DNA of 63,992 nucleotides, filler included, from Octopus bimaculoides (taxonomy: Eukaryota), in NCBI RefSeq assembly GCF_001194135.2. It is 5 parts of 4 records of this genome, joined end to end, with 100 filler letters (N's around TTAATTAATTAA, not from the genome) between each part and the next. Parts side by side here need not be neighbours in the genome. Positions count along the whole stretch, not along the records: positions 27,283 to 53,855 come from NC_068990.1; 4 more parts are not named here. One strand, given 5' to 3'. The notes beneath the pieces were generated by a model. The model saw nothing but the letters and a program-made list of their open reading frames with translations, did no database searches and was not told the origin of the DNA. Positions 40,345-51,598 of this stretch are shown one piece after another; the first letter of the stretch is position 1, and each line of letters opens with the position of its first letter. A program made the position numbers and the translations under genes.

Positions 40345-41150
40345 AGACAAAAGGCCTTCAAAATTTTGGGTGAAGGCGGGGGGGGGTAGTCAATTACATC
40401 GATCGCAGTGCATAACTGGTACTTAATTTATCGACTCCAAAAGGATGAATGACAAAGTCGACCTCAGCGGAATTTGAACTCAGAATGTAGCGGCAGACGA
40501 AATACCGCAAAGCATATATTCCAGCGTGATTAACGATTCTGCTAGCTCGTCGGCTTTATGAGTAATAATAATAATAGTAATAATAATAATAATACTAATA
40601 ATAATATAACGTGAAAGATTTTGGTGCGTGACTTTCCAATCATTTTCCCGTAAATTGTCTTTACATGGTGGAAATAAAAATAAAGGATATTTTCAGCGAA
40701 GTAAGGAAATAATACTTTGTAATATCGACTCAAGGCTAGAAACTATTGCAGGATGAGGTTAAACGATTAGATCGACTCCAATTCATGACTGATATTTATT
40801 TTATTGACACTGAAAGGATGAAAAGTACAGTAGACCTCAGCGGAATTTGAACACAAAACGTAAAGATAGACGAGAAACCGCTAAACCCGTCGTGCTAATG
40901 ATTCTTATTTCTTTATTACCCACAAGGGGCTAAACATAGATGGGAAAAACAAGGAAAGTCAATGGAATTATGCTCCTTACATAGACCCCAGTGCGTAACT
41001 GGTACTTAATTTATCGACCCCGAAAGGATGAAAAGCAAAGTCGACGTCGGCGGAATTTGAACTCAGAAATACAGCAGACGAAATACAGTTAAGCAGTTCG
41101 CCCGGCGTGCTAACGTTTCTGCCATCTCGTCGTGCTAATGTTTTTGCCAG
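40345..41150 (-). mobile_element. Three tandem SINE family A copies
   Basis: The GGTACTTAATTTATCGAC...AAAGGATGAA...AGTCGAC...GGAATTTGAAC block recurs at about 40420, 40790 and 41005. Confidence 0.85.
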
Positions 41151-41212
41151 ATCACCAGATTTGTTTGAAGGAAATTTATGAAGTGCTAATTCTTGGAGAC
41201 AGTCAGAATGAT

Positions 41213-41268
41213 ATGAACGCCCCTGATGAGAACCCAGTAAGGTTCGAAAATCCATTAGGGTTGTTCAT
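41213..41268 (+). ncRNA. Type I hammerhead ribozyme, apparently intact
   Basis: Reads AUGAACGCCC CUGAUGA GAACC-CAGUAA-GGUUC GAAA AU-CC-AU UA GGGUUGUUCAU. All core nucleotides are present, G10.1-C11.1 pairs, stem II is 5 bp, and stem I is 10 bp with one bulge. The UUA site predicts cleavage at 41257/41258. Confidence 0.8.
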
Positions 41269-41273
41269 CGTTT

Positions 41274-41520
41274 TAGGCGCAGGAGGGGCAGTGTGGGGAG
41301 TAGCTTACATACTAACCGCATGGTTCCGGGTTCAGTCCCACTGCGTGGCACTTTGTGCAAGTGTCTTCTACTATAGTCGCGGGCCGACCAAATCCCTGTG
41401 AGTGCATTTCGTAGATGGAAACTGAAAGAATCCCGTCATATATATATATACACATATATGTGGGCGTATGTATGCTTGCGTGTCTGTTTTCGTCAACACA
41501 CCATCCCTTGACAATGAAAA
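41274..41520 (+). mobile_element. SINE family B copy (an inverted partial copy follows at about 41797-41920)
   Basis: Contains AGGCGCAGGAGGGGCAGTGTGG...CATGGTTCCGGGTTCAGTCCCACTGCGTGGCACTTTGTGCAAGTGTCTTCTACTATAG. Confidence 0.85.
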
Positions 41521-41702
41521 TAGATGTGAGATATGCAGAGGCATTGCATTTGTAGATCCATTATCTAAAATTGGTCATTCCAAGTATAAAGTTTGTACAT
41601 AGTGCTAGCACGTACTTGAACCAGCAACGGATGACAAATGATGGGAGACAAACTGAAAGTCTCCTACGCACATGCATATATACGTATACATATACATATG
41701 TG

Positions 41703-41734
<32 letters not shown>

Positions 41735-43288
41735 TATATTTATGTATGTATACACACACACACACGCACACATATATATATATATATATATATATACTCG
41801 ATTGGTTTCTGTCGGTTTCAATCTATTAAACTCACACACGATGATTTGGGTAGCCGGGGCAATAGTAGAAGACAGCTGCTCAAGGTACCCTGCAGTGGGA
41901 CTGAACCTGGAAACATGTGGATAGAAATAAGAAAGCAAAGTGCTGTTGAGAAATATTCCTCTCATAGATCAAAGCCTGGATATATGAGACACGAAACATA
42001 TATAGAATGTCGGAAATGGTTGAAACAGAGGAAGAAAAAAATGAAATGGGAACTTTCTCCGGAATTATTGAAGAAAAATGGAAATCGTGTGTGCCATGGG
42101 GTCTCTCAGGCTGTTATATATGAGTGCAATTAAAATGCTCTTTATAATATTAAAGTATCGCTACCTGGTGTGAATCATCACGATACGTGTAAGGTTTTTT
42201 CAGTTTTAAGATGGCTTCCATGTCAGCTAACGTTTTCTCAGCCAGAACATTAATTTTCATGCTCTCCCACGCTGTTGAGTGTTTAACAATAGCTCACACT
42301 TTTCGTGAAAAAAAAGGCATGAAAACAATCGTCAAATGTTACCCGAACACACGGTACATCACTCTTACTATTTACACTACCACTTTTACGGCTAGATGGA
42401 CCGAGCCTGTGAATATTAAAGAATTTGGTTATGGATCATATCTAATGAAGTCAATGAAATAAGACCTAGCTACCTTTTGGATAGTAATAGTAGTTCCATG
42501 ATATCTAACTAAGTCTACAATCGGTTATTGTGTTCATTTAAGTCGGAGAAATGTTTAATTGGTGAATGTGAAGTTGCTGGTGCATTCAGTATCCAATTAT
42601 GCTCTGGTCCGGAACAGAAATGTATTCTTTCTAGACCAGACATGGATAATAAAACACAACTAATTGAGTTGTTAAGGAAGTTGTAATGGCAGTCAGACTG
42701 CAACATTTCCAATTAGAAACTGAAGACAAATAAACTAAATTTATGAAAATATATCATCACAACAAGTTCAAGATTCTATTAATTATGTGACACTTGAAGA
42801 TGCTGTCGGATTAAATTATGAAGCGCTGGTTTCTTCTTCACACGTTAGTATTTGAAGTTGGGTTGCCGTACAATTTTGCTTTTAATCATTCCGGATTACG
42901 TTTAGATCATTGGTTCTCAACCGGTGTCCTTCGTGACCCCTGAGAGTTCACAGGATTCTCATGTTAAAGTTTATGAGAAATAAATTGGTTAGACTTCTAA
43001 ATTACAAAAATGTATTTTAACAATATATGTTATGTGCAGGTGTATGTGTGTGGAAAGTAACTGGCATCCCAACCACATGGTTCCGGATTCAGTCCCACAG
43101 CGTGGCATACTGGGAATCTGACCTCTACTATAGCCTGCGGCCGAACAAAGTGTTGTGAGTGGTTTTCATTGATGAAAACTGAAAGAAACTCATCATATAT
43201 ATAAATATATGTCGTCTTTTATATATATGTATATNNNNNNNNNNNNNNNNNNNNNNNNNNNNNNNNNNNNNNNNNNNNNNNNNNNNNN

Positions 43289-43363
<75 letters not shown>

Positions 43364-43659
43364 GTGTGTGTGTGTGTTTCTTTATCTCTGTGTTTATGCC
43401 CCAACGTAGCTTGACAATACCCTTAACTTAGTGCTCTGTGGAGTACTCAGCCACTTGTACGTTAATTTCATCAGTAGGCTACTTTGTTGATCGAATTCAC
43501 TGGAACACTCATCGTCGTTACAGACGGAGTGCCAGTATTCTTGCAAGGACGACTCAAGTTTTGATCTGTTTTACGACAAGAACTCAGGTATAACAATATA
43601 CATCGCAACTGAGGGAACACCCCTGTCTCAAAATCTCAATAAACGCTTTATCAAATATC

Positions 43660-43868
43660 CGTTTCAACTTTTGACACAAGGCCAGCAGTTTGGGTGTGGG
43701 GCATGTCGATTACATCGACCCCAGTACTCAACTGGTATTTATTGTAATGACTCTGAATTGATGAAAGGCAAAGTCGACCTCGACGGCATTTGAAATCAGA
43801 ACCTGAAGACGGACGAATTGCCGCCAAGTTTTTCGGCGGCGTATTAACGATTCTGCTAGCTCGACGTC
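43660..43868 (-). mobile_element. SINE family A copy
   Basis: Contains GACACAAGGCCAGCA...GTCGATTACATCGACCCCAGTACTCAACTGGTA...AAGGCAAAGTCGACCTCG. Confidence 0.85.
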
Positions 43869-44288
43869 TTAAATATTGCTTAGATATTCACATTCGTTTT
43901 AGGCATTTTATTGTCCACACGCGTGTTGTAGGAAAAAGACTAGAAGTTATATTGGTTATGGAGAATTTATTACAGTGTGCAACAGAAAGTCGTCCTGTAT
44001 TTTATGTGGTCATCGGTATGGCACTCATAGCGTTGGACTGGTTTTAATGGCGGTTTCATATTGAAATTTTATCGGTTGGACTGGTGCACACTGTGGGATT
44101 GCTATTGAAACGTTTGCTTTCAAGTAAAATGTGGTTATTTTGTCACATCCTCAACTGTACATGCATAGTGTGTTAAGAAATGTTTCTGATGTATCATAAA
44201 TATTGGCTTTAAATTTTCTCACGAGGTTATCAATTTCGGCGGAGGGGGAAAGTCTGTTGTACTGACTTCAGTATTTGACTGGTACTTA

Positions 44289-44617
44289 CTGTATTTCATG
44301 GCCTATAAGACGCACGAGTGTATAGGACGCGTCCTACCCTAGGCTATACTTTTGTAAAATAAATTGCCACTTAAATAATGTTTTAATTCCTCCACTTACC
44401 TGTATAATTTTATGTTATTACCGGTAATTATAAGCAGTTTATTGCATTCACATTCGATATAAACATACCAATAGATGGCGGCATACGTTTTGTAATCATA
44501 CATACCGCTTTGAGCGAGTTTAAAACTTACGATGAGTGTATTGGACGCAGGGTTTTTTTTAAAGCCATTTTTGGGTAAAAAAAAAAAAAGGTGCCTCTTA
44601 TAGGCTATCAAATAAGG
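44289..44617. mobile_element. pogo/Tc2-type MITE, 329 bp, TA target duplication, inserted in a SINE A
   Basis: Left TIR CTGTATTTCATGGCCTATAAGACGCAC; the right TIR reverse complement is CCTTATTTGATAGCCTATAAGAGGCAC. TA lies at 44287-88 and 44618-19, and SINE sequence resumes on both sides. Confidence 0.85.
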
Positions 44618-46084
44618 TATTTTACCGACCACGAGAGGATGAGTGGTTAAGTCGATCTCGGTAGAATTTGAACTCAGAACGTAAAGACGGNNNNNNNNNN
44701 NNNNNNNNNNNNNNNNNNNNNNNNNNNNNNNNNNNNNNNNNNNNNNNNNNNNNNNNNNNNNNNNNNNNNNNNNNNNNNNNNNNNNNNNNNNNNNNNNNNN
44801 NNNNNNNNNNNNNNNNNNNNNNNNNNNNNNNNNNNNNNNNNNNNNNNNNNNNNNNNNNNNNNNNNNNNNNNNNNNNNNNNNNNNNNNNNNNNNNNNNNNN
44901 NNNNNNNNNNNNNNNNNNNNNNNNNNNNNNNNNNNNNNNNNNNNNNNNNNNNNNNNNNNNNNNNNNNNNNNNNNNNNNNNNNNNNNNNNNNNNNNNNNNN
45001 NNNNNGTAAGTCAGAATACGCAGGAGGAAATCTATTGAGTTGTGAATGCGGCAGTGTTGCGTTTCTGATTTCTTGGGAGATGAAATATGGGTTATCATGT
45101 GAAACACGGTTTAATGCGTTTTTTTAAAATATATTCATTTTGTGAAGTTACAGTTCAAACTGTTTATGTATATACATACATACATACATTACACACATAC
45201 ATACTGCATACAAACAATCACTCACGCACGCACACATATACACACACCCATATATATATATATATATAAATGCATGTATGTGCCTGTGAGTCTGCGAGTC
45301 TGTATGTTTTTTTCTGTGTGTTTGTATGCACACCACACCTGTGTGAGCGTATGTTCAAACATGCTACATTCTACTTTAGAAAACTCGCTAGACGTATGAG
45401 ATACAGTGTATGGAATTCAATTTTCCCTTGAAAATAAGGATATATCAGAGAAGTCACAAACGAAGTTGTTTTTTTTTTCCTTCCCTTTGAAGCTCGATAT
45501 CTTAGAAAAATCTCAGACTTAAATTGGGATGCACGGTGACGATAAAGTAATCATAGCAGAAAGTACGAAAACACATTAAATGTTCGAATCCTTAAGCTTT
45601 CCAAAAGAACATTTAACTGCAGAATTATTGGATTAAGCAGACACTATCTTTTGTGTTCGGTTTGCTTCAATAATTCACCTATAATTGAGCACTTAAAATG
45701 GAACGATATATTTTTCTCCCCCCCCCCCCNNNNNNNNNNNNNNNNNNNNNNNNNNNNNNNNNNNNNNNNNNNNNNNNNNNNNNNNNNNNNNNNNNNNNNN
45801 NNNNNNNNNNNNNNNNNNNNNNNNNNNNNNNNNNNNNNNNNNNNNNNNNNNNNNNNNNNNNNNNNNNNNNNNNNNNNNNNNNNNNNNNNNNNNNNNNNNN
45901 NTCAAAAATATACTTCTTTAACGTTTTGCTAATATACAGTTTTAGGCATTCTGAATTTAATGAGGAAACTATGTAAATAAATAAATGAAAAATAGTTTTG
46001 TTATTGCTAAATGTTGTTGTTGTTATTATTATTGTTATTATTATTAATGTTACTATTACTATTAACATTATTATCATTATTACT

Positions 46085-46118
<34 letters not shown>

Positions 46119-46301
46119 CCATTATCGTGGACATTGTTGTTGTTGTTGTTGGTGCTATTATTACTTTCTGGTTCAAACAGATCCTATGAAATTCAATTTT
46201 GTAAAGAAATCAACTCCTGGTGCTTCCATCCTTAGGGGGAAAATAGAATCATTTAATAGGCACAGGACGCCATTTCATATATTGATACATACATAAATAC
46301 A

Positions 46302-46344
<43 letters not shown>

Positions 46345-46959
46345 GCATTTGATGCTAATGCTACTCCTACTGCTGTTGCTGCTGCTGATATGAAGACGAT
46401 GATAACAGAGGGAGTAATGATGTTAAATGTTATCAAAGAGAGTGACCATTATTCTCATCTTCGCCACCAATGCCATCATCAGCGTCATGACCACATCACC
46501 ATCACCTCATCGTCACCAGCATCGTCATCTTCAACGTCAACATTATTACCTCCCTGGTCATCGGCATCATGAATACCCTTCTCCGGATTCCCCCGCTCCA
46601 CCTCACCGGCGCTCAATATTTTCATCCATTCTTCATTTACAACTGTATTCCCAGTCGCCAAAACCCATCAAACTCTATAGAAAGTCGAGTCAAGATATCA
46701 CAGATTGCTCGAGACTGGAAAATCTTTCTTTCCAAAATACATTCTGCAATGGTCTTTTCTCCAAACATTTTGCATTACTTCATTCTATTTCTCTGAGGCT
46801 GGTTTTATGCTTGAAGCGTCCCATCCAAAAGAATCTCGCGGTTGAAATTCTGTTGCTTCTTTTCCTTTTTAAAATTTTTTTTACTTATTTTAATCATAAG
46901 ACTGCGACCATGCAGGGGCATCGCCTTGAAAAGATTTTAGTCAAATTGCTGTGCTTCAT

Positions 46960-47670
46960 TGTACCCTCTCACCTAGCGTTTCAGCAAAATCGACCGATAG
47001 AACAAGTACTAGGCTTAGAAAGAATAATTCATGCCATCGATTTGTTCGACCATAAGCGGTGCTCCATCATGGCCGTAGTCAAATGACTGAAAAACTAAAA
47101 GAATATTTTCATTCTTAATAGGTTTCGTTAAATTCGAACATGAATATGATAATCGCTGTTGCATTGGCGATGCGATGTGAGTTCATAACATACTTGTTTC
47201 AATGGTGAGAGGGACAATGAAGTACAGCAATGTTTCGATATGCTTTTGTCTCTTCAGTTAAGGCTCCCCTAAACAAGGATTATAACGTTTTAAGTTTTAT
47301 CATTTACTTGTTTCAGTCATTAGTATGCGGCCATGCTGGGGCACCACCTCGAAGAATTTTTAGTCGAATGGATCGACTCCAGATCTCATTTTAGTTTGTA
47401 AGCCTGGTACTTACTCCATCGTACCCTTTTGGCGAACCGCTAACTTACGGAACGTAAACACACCAACACCTGTTGTCAAAGAGATATGCACACACATACA
47501 ACGAAAACATTTTTTTTTCTGTTTCCGTCTACCAAATCCACTCACAAAGCATTGGTTGGCCCGAGGCTACAGTAGAAGACATTTGTCCAAGGTACCATGC
47601 AATGGGAATGAACCCTGAACCATGTAGCTTGGAAACAAGTTTCTTACCAAACAGCCAAGCTTGCGCCTAT
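46960..47670. mobile_element. Two SINE family B copies tail to tail (+ tail 46960-47105; - copy 47290-47670)
   Basis: GCGGTGCTCCATCATGGCCGTAGTCAAATGACTGAAA faces TTTACTTGTTTCAGTCATTAGTATGCGGCCATGCTGGGGCACC. Confidence 0.8.
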
Positions 47671-48598
47671 GATCAATTATTATATCAACAAATTATATTT
47701 AACAAAACAATTTGTGAAGTAGATATTCAAATAAGTGTGTCGACATGTAGTTAGGTTAACAGACGATCGAGACAGCACCTTGCCTCATATATACCACACT
47801 TGAACAGTGACATGTGCAGTACCGAACATTAAAACTGTTTAGTAAATGAGGCATTGTATACTGTTGTTGGTCGCAATATTCAGTGCATTTATCCAATCCA
47901 CCATAAGAATAGTCAATAATAGGTGTCGCTGCTGTAAGCAAGCCAAGCGCTATAGTTTCCACGAGTATTTCATTAGCGTATGTTACCGAAGTTATGTCTT
48001 TCTGTGTATGAAACTCCTCCATTATGAATTGACAATATGATCCACGTCCACCAATTATATAACCACCATACTAAAACTATCTCATTTTGAATGCTATAGA
48101 ATTACAACTTGACTATATTTAATTGGTCTTACATACATATTTTCATTGAGGTGCATGGCCTGCAAAAGCAAGATTTAATTAATTGATCAATGACATTATC
48201 GATTCTGGAATAATTGAAACCTATGCAATGCAATGCCAGCTTGGTAACTTTGCCGAAAAACTGTTGATCATGTTAAGTTATCGTTACACAAGTCAGCACC
48301 TGTAATCGACTTGCCAGCCAACTGTTATTACGTTTAGAATATCATGTAAATGATAGGCATTGAATAATAAAGAATAATAACTATCAAGTGAAATATATCT
48401 TAGCCTATGCATAATTTGAACAGAAGTTTAATGTAGTATTAAGTTATACACAGGCCTGACAATATAAAGTCACATATATGACTGTCTTCGTGGAAATATA
48501 GAAAATATGATCATTAATATACAGAAGGGGAAATATATTTGAATATTGTTAAAGTAAGAACTAGAATATATTATTTACTCTATTCATTGCTGTGTAAA

Positions 48599-48658
48599 GT
48601 CTATTGGTGTATAGTCTATTGGTGTATAGTCTATTGGTGTATAGTCTATTGGTGTATA
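48599..48658. repeat. 15-bp tandem repeat GTCTATTGGTGTATA x4
   Basis: Four exact head-to-tail units abutting the tail of a SINE A. Confidence 0.95.
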
Positions 48659-48659
48659 G

Positions 48660-48830
48660 TGGTTTCAAATGTTGGGACAAGGCCAGCAATTTATGGTGAG
48701 AGGATAAGTCGATTACATCGACTCCAGTGCTCAACTGGTACTTAATTTATCGACCATAATAGGATGAATGGTAAAGTCGACTTCGGAGGAATTTTAGACC
48801 GAGAACGTAAAGACAGACGACGAAATACCG
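48660..48830 (-). mobile_element. SINE family A copy
   Basis: Contains TTTCAAATGTTGGGACAAGGCCAGCAA...AAGTCGATTACATCGACTCCAGTGCTCAACTGGTACTTAATTTATCGAC. Confidence 0.85.
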
Positions 48831-48870
48831 CACTTAGGCAGTGATATAAACGGAGGGAAAGTAAAATACT

Positions 48871-49021
48871 TTAGGGTTAGGGTTAGCGTTAGGGTTAGGG
48901 TTAGGGTTAGGGTTAGGGTTAGGGTTAGGGTTAGCGTTAGGGTTAGGGTTAGGGTTAGGCTTAGGCTTAGGCTTAGGCTTAGGGTTAGCGTTAGGGTTAG
49001 GGTTAGCGTTAGCGTTAGGTT
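48871..49021 (+). repeat. Interstitial telomeric-type array, 25 hexamers running into a gap
   Basis: Counted by hand: 15 TTAGGG, 5 TTAGCG, 4 TTAGGC and 1 TTAGGT, with perfect 6-bp phasing. Confidence 0.95.
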
Positions 49022-49755
49022 NNNNNNNNNNNNNNNNNNNNNNNNNNNNNNNNNNNNNNNNNNNNNNNNNNNNNNNNNNNNNNNNNNNNNNNNNNNNNNN
49101 NNNNNNNNNNNNNNNNNNNNNNNNNNNNNNNNNNNNNNNNNNNNNNNNNNNNNNNNNNNNNNNNNNNNNNNNNNNNNNNNNNNNNNNNNNNNNNNNNNNN
49201 NNNNNNNNNNNNNNNNNNNNNNNNNNNNNNNNNNNNNNNNNNNNNNNNNNNNNNNNNNNNNNNNNNNNNNNNNNNNNNNNNNNNNNNNNNNNNNNNNNNN
49301 NNNNNNNNNNNNNNNNNNNNNNNNNNNNNNNNNNNNNNNNNNNNNNNNNNNNNNNNNNNNNNNNNNNNNNNNNNNNNNNNNNNNNNNNNNNNNNNNNNNN
49401 NNNNNNNNNNNNNNNNNNNNNNNNNNNNNNNNNNNNNNNNNNNNNNNNNNNNNNNNNNNNNNNNNNNNNNNNNNNNNNNNNNNNNNNNNNNNNNNNNNNN
49501 NNNNNNNNNNNNNNNNNNNNNNNNNNNNNNNNNNNNNNNNNNNNNNNNNNNNNNNNNNNNNNNNNNNNNNNNNNNNNNNNNNNNNNNNNNNNNNNNNNNN
49601 NNNNNNNNNNNNNNNNNNNNNNNNNNNNNNNNNNNNNNNNNNNNNNNNNNNNNNNNNNNNNNNNNNNNNNNNNNNNNNNNNNNNNNNNNNNNNNNNNNNN
49701 NNNNNNNNNNNNNNNNNNNNNNNNNNNNNNCGCTGACACAATGCTTTCTTTCTTA

Positions 49756-49810
<55 letters not shown>

Positions 49811-49814
49811 TCCT

Positions 49815-49846
<32 letters not shown>

Positions 49847-49893
49847 TTATTCCTTTCCTTCCTTCCTGGTTTGTTAGTTTCTGCGTTTTACAG

Positions 49894-49950
49894 ACTCGCA
49901 ATTACGTTCGACCCCGAGGTAGCACCGGATTACATGTTCTCGGATCGAAG
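49894..49950 (+). CDS. Candidate 57-nt internal exon (LAITFDPEVAPDYMFSDR, or TRNYVRPRGSTGLHVLGSK), product unknown
   Basis: A long pyrimidine tract, acceptor tttctgcgttttacag, a perfect donor AAG|gtgagt, a length that is a multiple of 3, and CpG-rich non-repetitive sequence. Confidence 0.55.
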
Positions 49951-50547
49951 GTGAGTGACCTCTTGTATTTCCTGTTCACCAGGTAGTTTACCAACGTTCT
50001 TCTGCGTCCGTCATCGTTCTGTTACCGTTGTTTACATGCCAAAGGAGGAACGAAGCCAAAGAAATACACGGAGAATTTGACAAGGAATGGATTAAATATG
50101 TTAATATCGTGTTATGAGGAGAGAAAGAAAACAAAAAGGTTACCTATGAATATATAGACCGATTTACAATATGGTGATGATCATTTTGAAGACAATGATG
50201 CCAATGATGACGGAAGTGGTGGTGGAGGTGGTGATGATGCTGATTGTTGCGGATTGTGAAGGGGATGTGGACGGTAGGGGAAGAGATTTCTGTGAAGAAA
50301 TATATAAAAACTAAAGGAAACTGGAATGCTTCTTTCGATGTTGAAGAATACAATTACAGGGAAGACGATGATGGCGGAGGCGATGACAACAGTGATGATG
50401 ATAAAGATGATGATAAAGATGATGATGATGATGGTGGTGGTGGTGGAGATGGTGGTGGGGACGATGATGATGAGATGAGGATGATGGTGAAAGTTGTGTT
50501 GTACTTTCATCGTTGCACTCTGAATTCAGCCAATTCAGGTACATTAG

Positions 50548-50618
<71 letters not shown>

Positions 50619-50666
50619 CACCACTACGACTAGTTTCAATTTTGTTCAAATTCAGANNNNNNNNNN

Positions 50667-50744
<78 letters not shown>

Positions 50745-51566
50745 AAGAAGAAGAAGAAGAAGAAGAAGAATGGTCACAATACAGCTACATGAAAAAATTG
50801 GTGAAGCTGAATAGATTCAAGCTGAGTGGGAGGGGTCAATCTGATGAGGGACATAAACATTGTAGGTGTAATATAGGATTAGTGGAATGGACAAAGGGGG
50901 AATTGGTCACTAAGAAGAGAAGAGCTAGAAAAATAATGGTCAGGCGTGGGTGTCTTATATATCTGAAGAAATATTGCAACGCTTTGACAACCGAGGAAAG
51001 AAGGCGGAAAACGACTGATTAAAATGTAAGAAACAAGGGCAGAGTGTTTGCAGAATAATTTGAGCATCACGCAGAAAATTTAGTGCGGGATTTGTTTTTG
51101 CTTACTGCATTTTAAATTCAAATTCCAAGAAAGCCAAACTTGCCTTTCATCTGTTCACGGTCAATAAAATAAAGTAGTAGTGAAGAACTGCGGTCAGTTG
51201 TATCGATTATTCAACTTCTCAAAAACTGCTGGGTTTGTGCTACGATGTCAAAGTCAAGGCCAGGTTTGTTTTTTAGCTGAATGGGGACGAAAAGAATAAA
51301 GTATCAGACAAGTCGATGATTTCGGTCAGTGTTCAACTCTCAAAACTACTTGATTTGTACCGAAACCAGAAATTATTACTATTTCAACATCCATCGCAAC
51401 AAATTATGCCAGTAACTCCTACATAATCGTTCTTACCAGCTCAAATATGCTTGAGGCATATTCGAACTTGTAGGAAGGCCAGTCACGGTATTTAGTGATG
51501 AAGAAATATACTCGCTGCGGACAAATAGATATAAACTTATCAAGTTTGAAGCCAGATTGATGGATG

Positions 51567-51598
51567 AATGCATTTCGGTGTCATTATCACCTCTTCAG
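51567..51598 (-). ncRNA. Hammerhead core motif without a clear stem I
   Basis: The minus strand reads CUGAAGA GGUG-AUAAUGA-CACC GAAA UGCAU U, with a 4-bp stem II and palindromic AUGCAU. The flanks do not pair as stem I. Confidence 0.35.

Noticed and set aside
47223-47257. Minus-strand CUGAAGA...C GAAAC A-UUGC-UGUA hammerhead-like string
   Set aside because: Stem II has a mismatch and no stem I can be formed; compatible with chance.
48599-48658. Short exact repeat that might suggest a CRISPR-like array
   Set aside because: The units are contiguous with no spacers, and the context is eukaryotic.
50841-50870. CTGATGAGGG...AAACATTGTA; also CTGATGA on the minus strand near 43470 and 14805
   Set aside because: No stem II closing on a GAAA. 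The 43470 case is a mutated SINE D segment.
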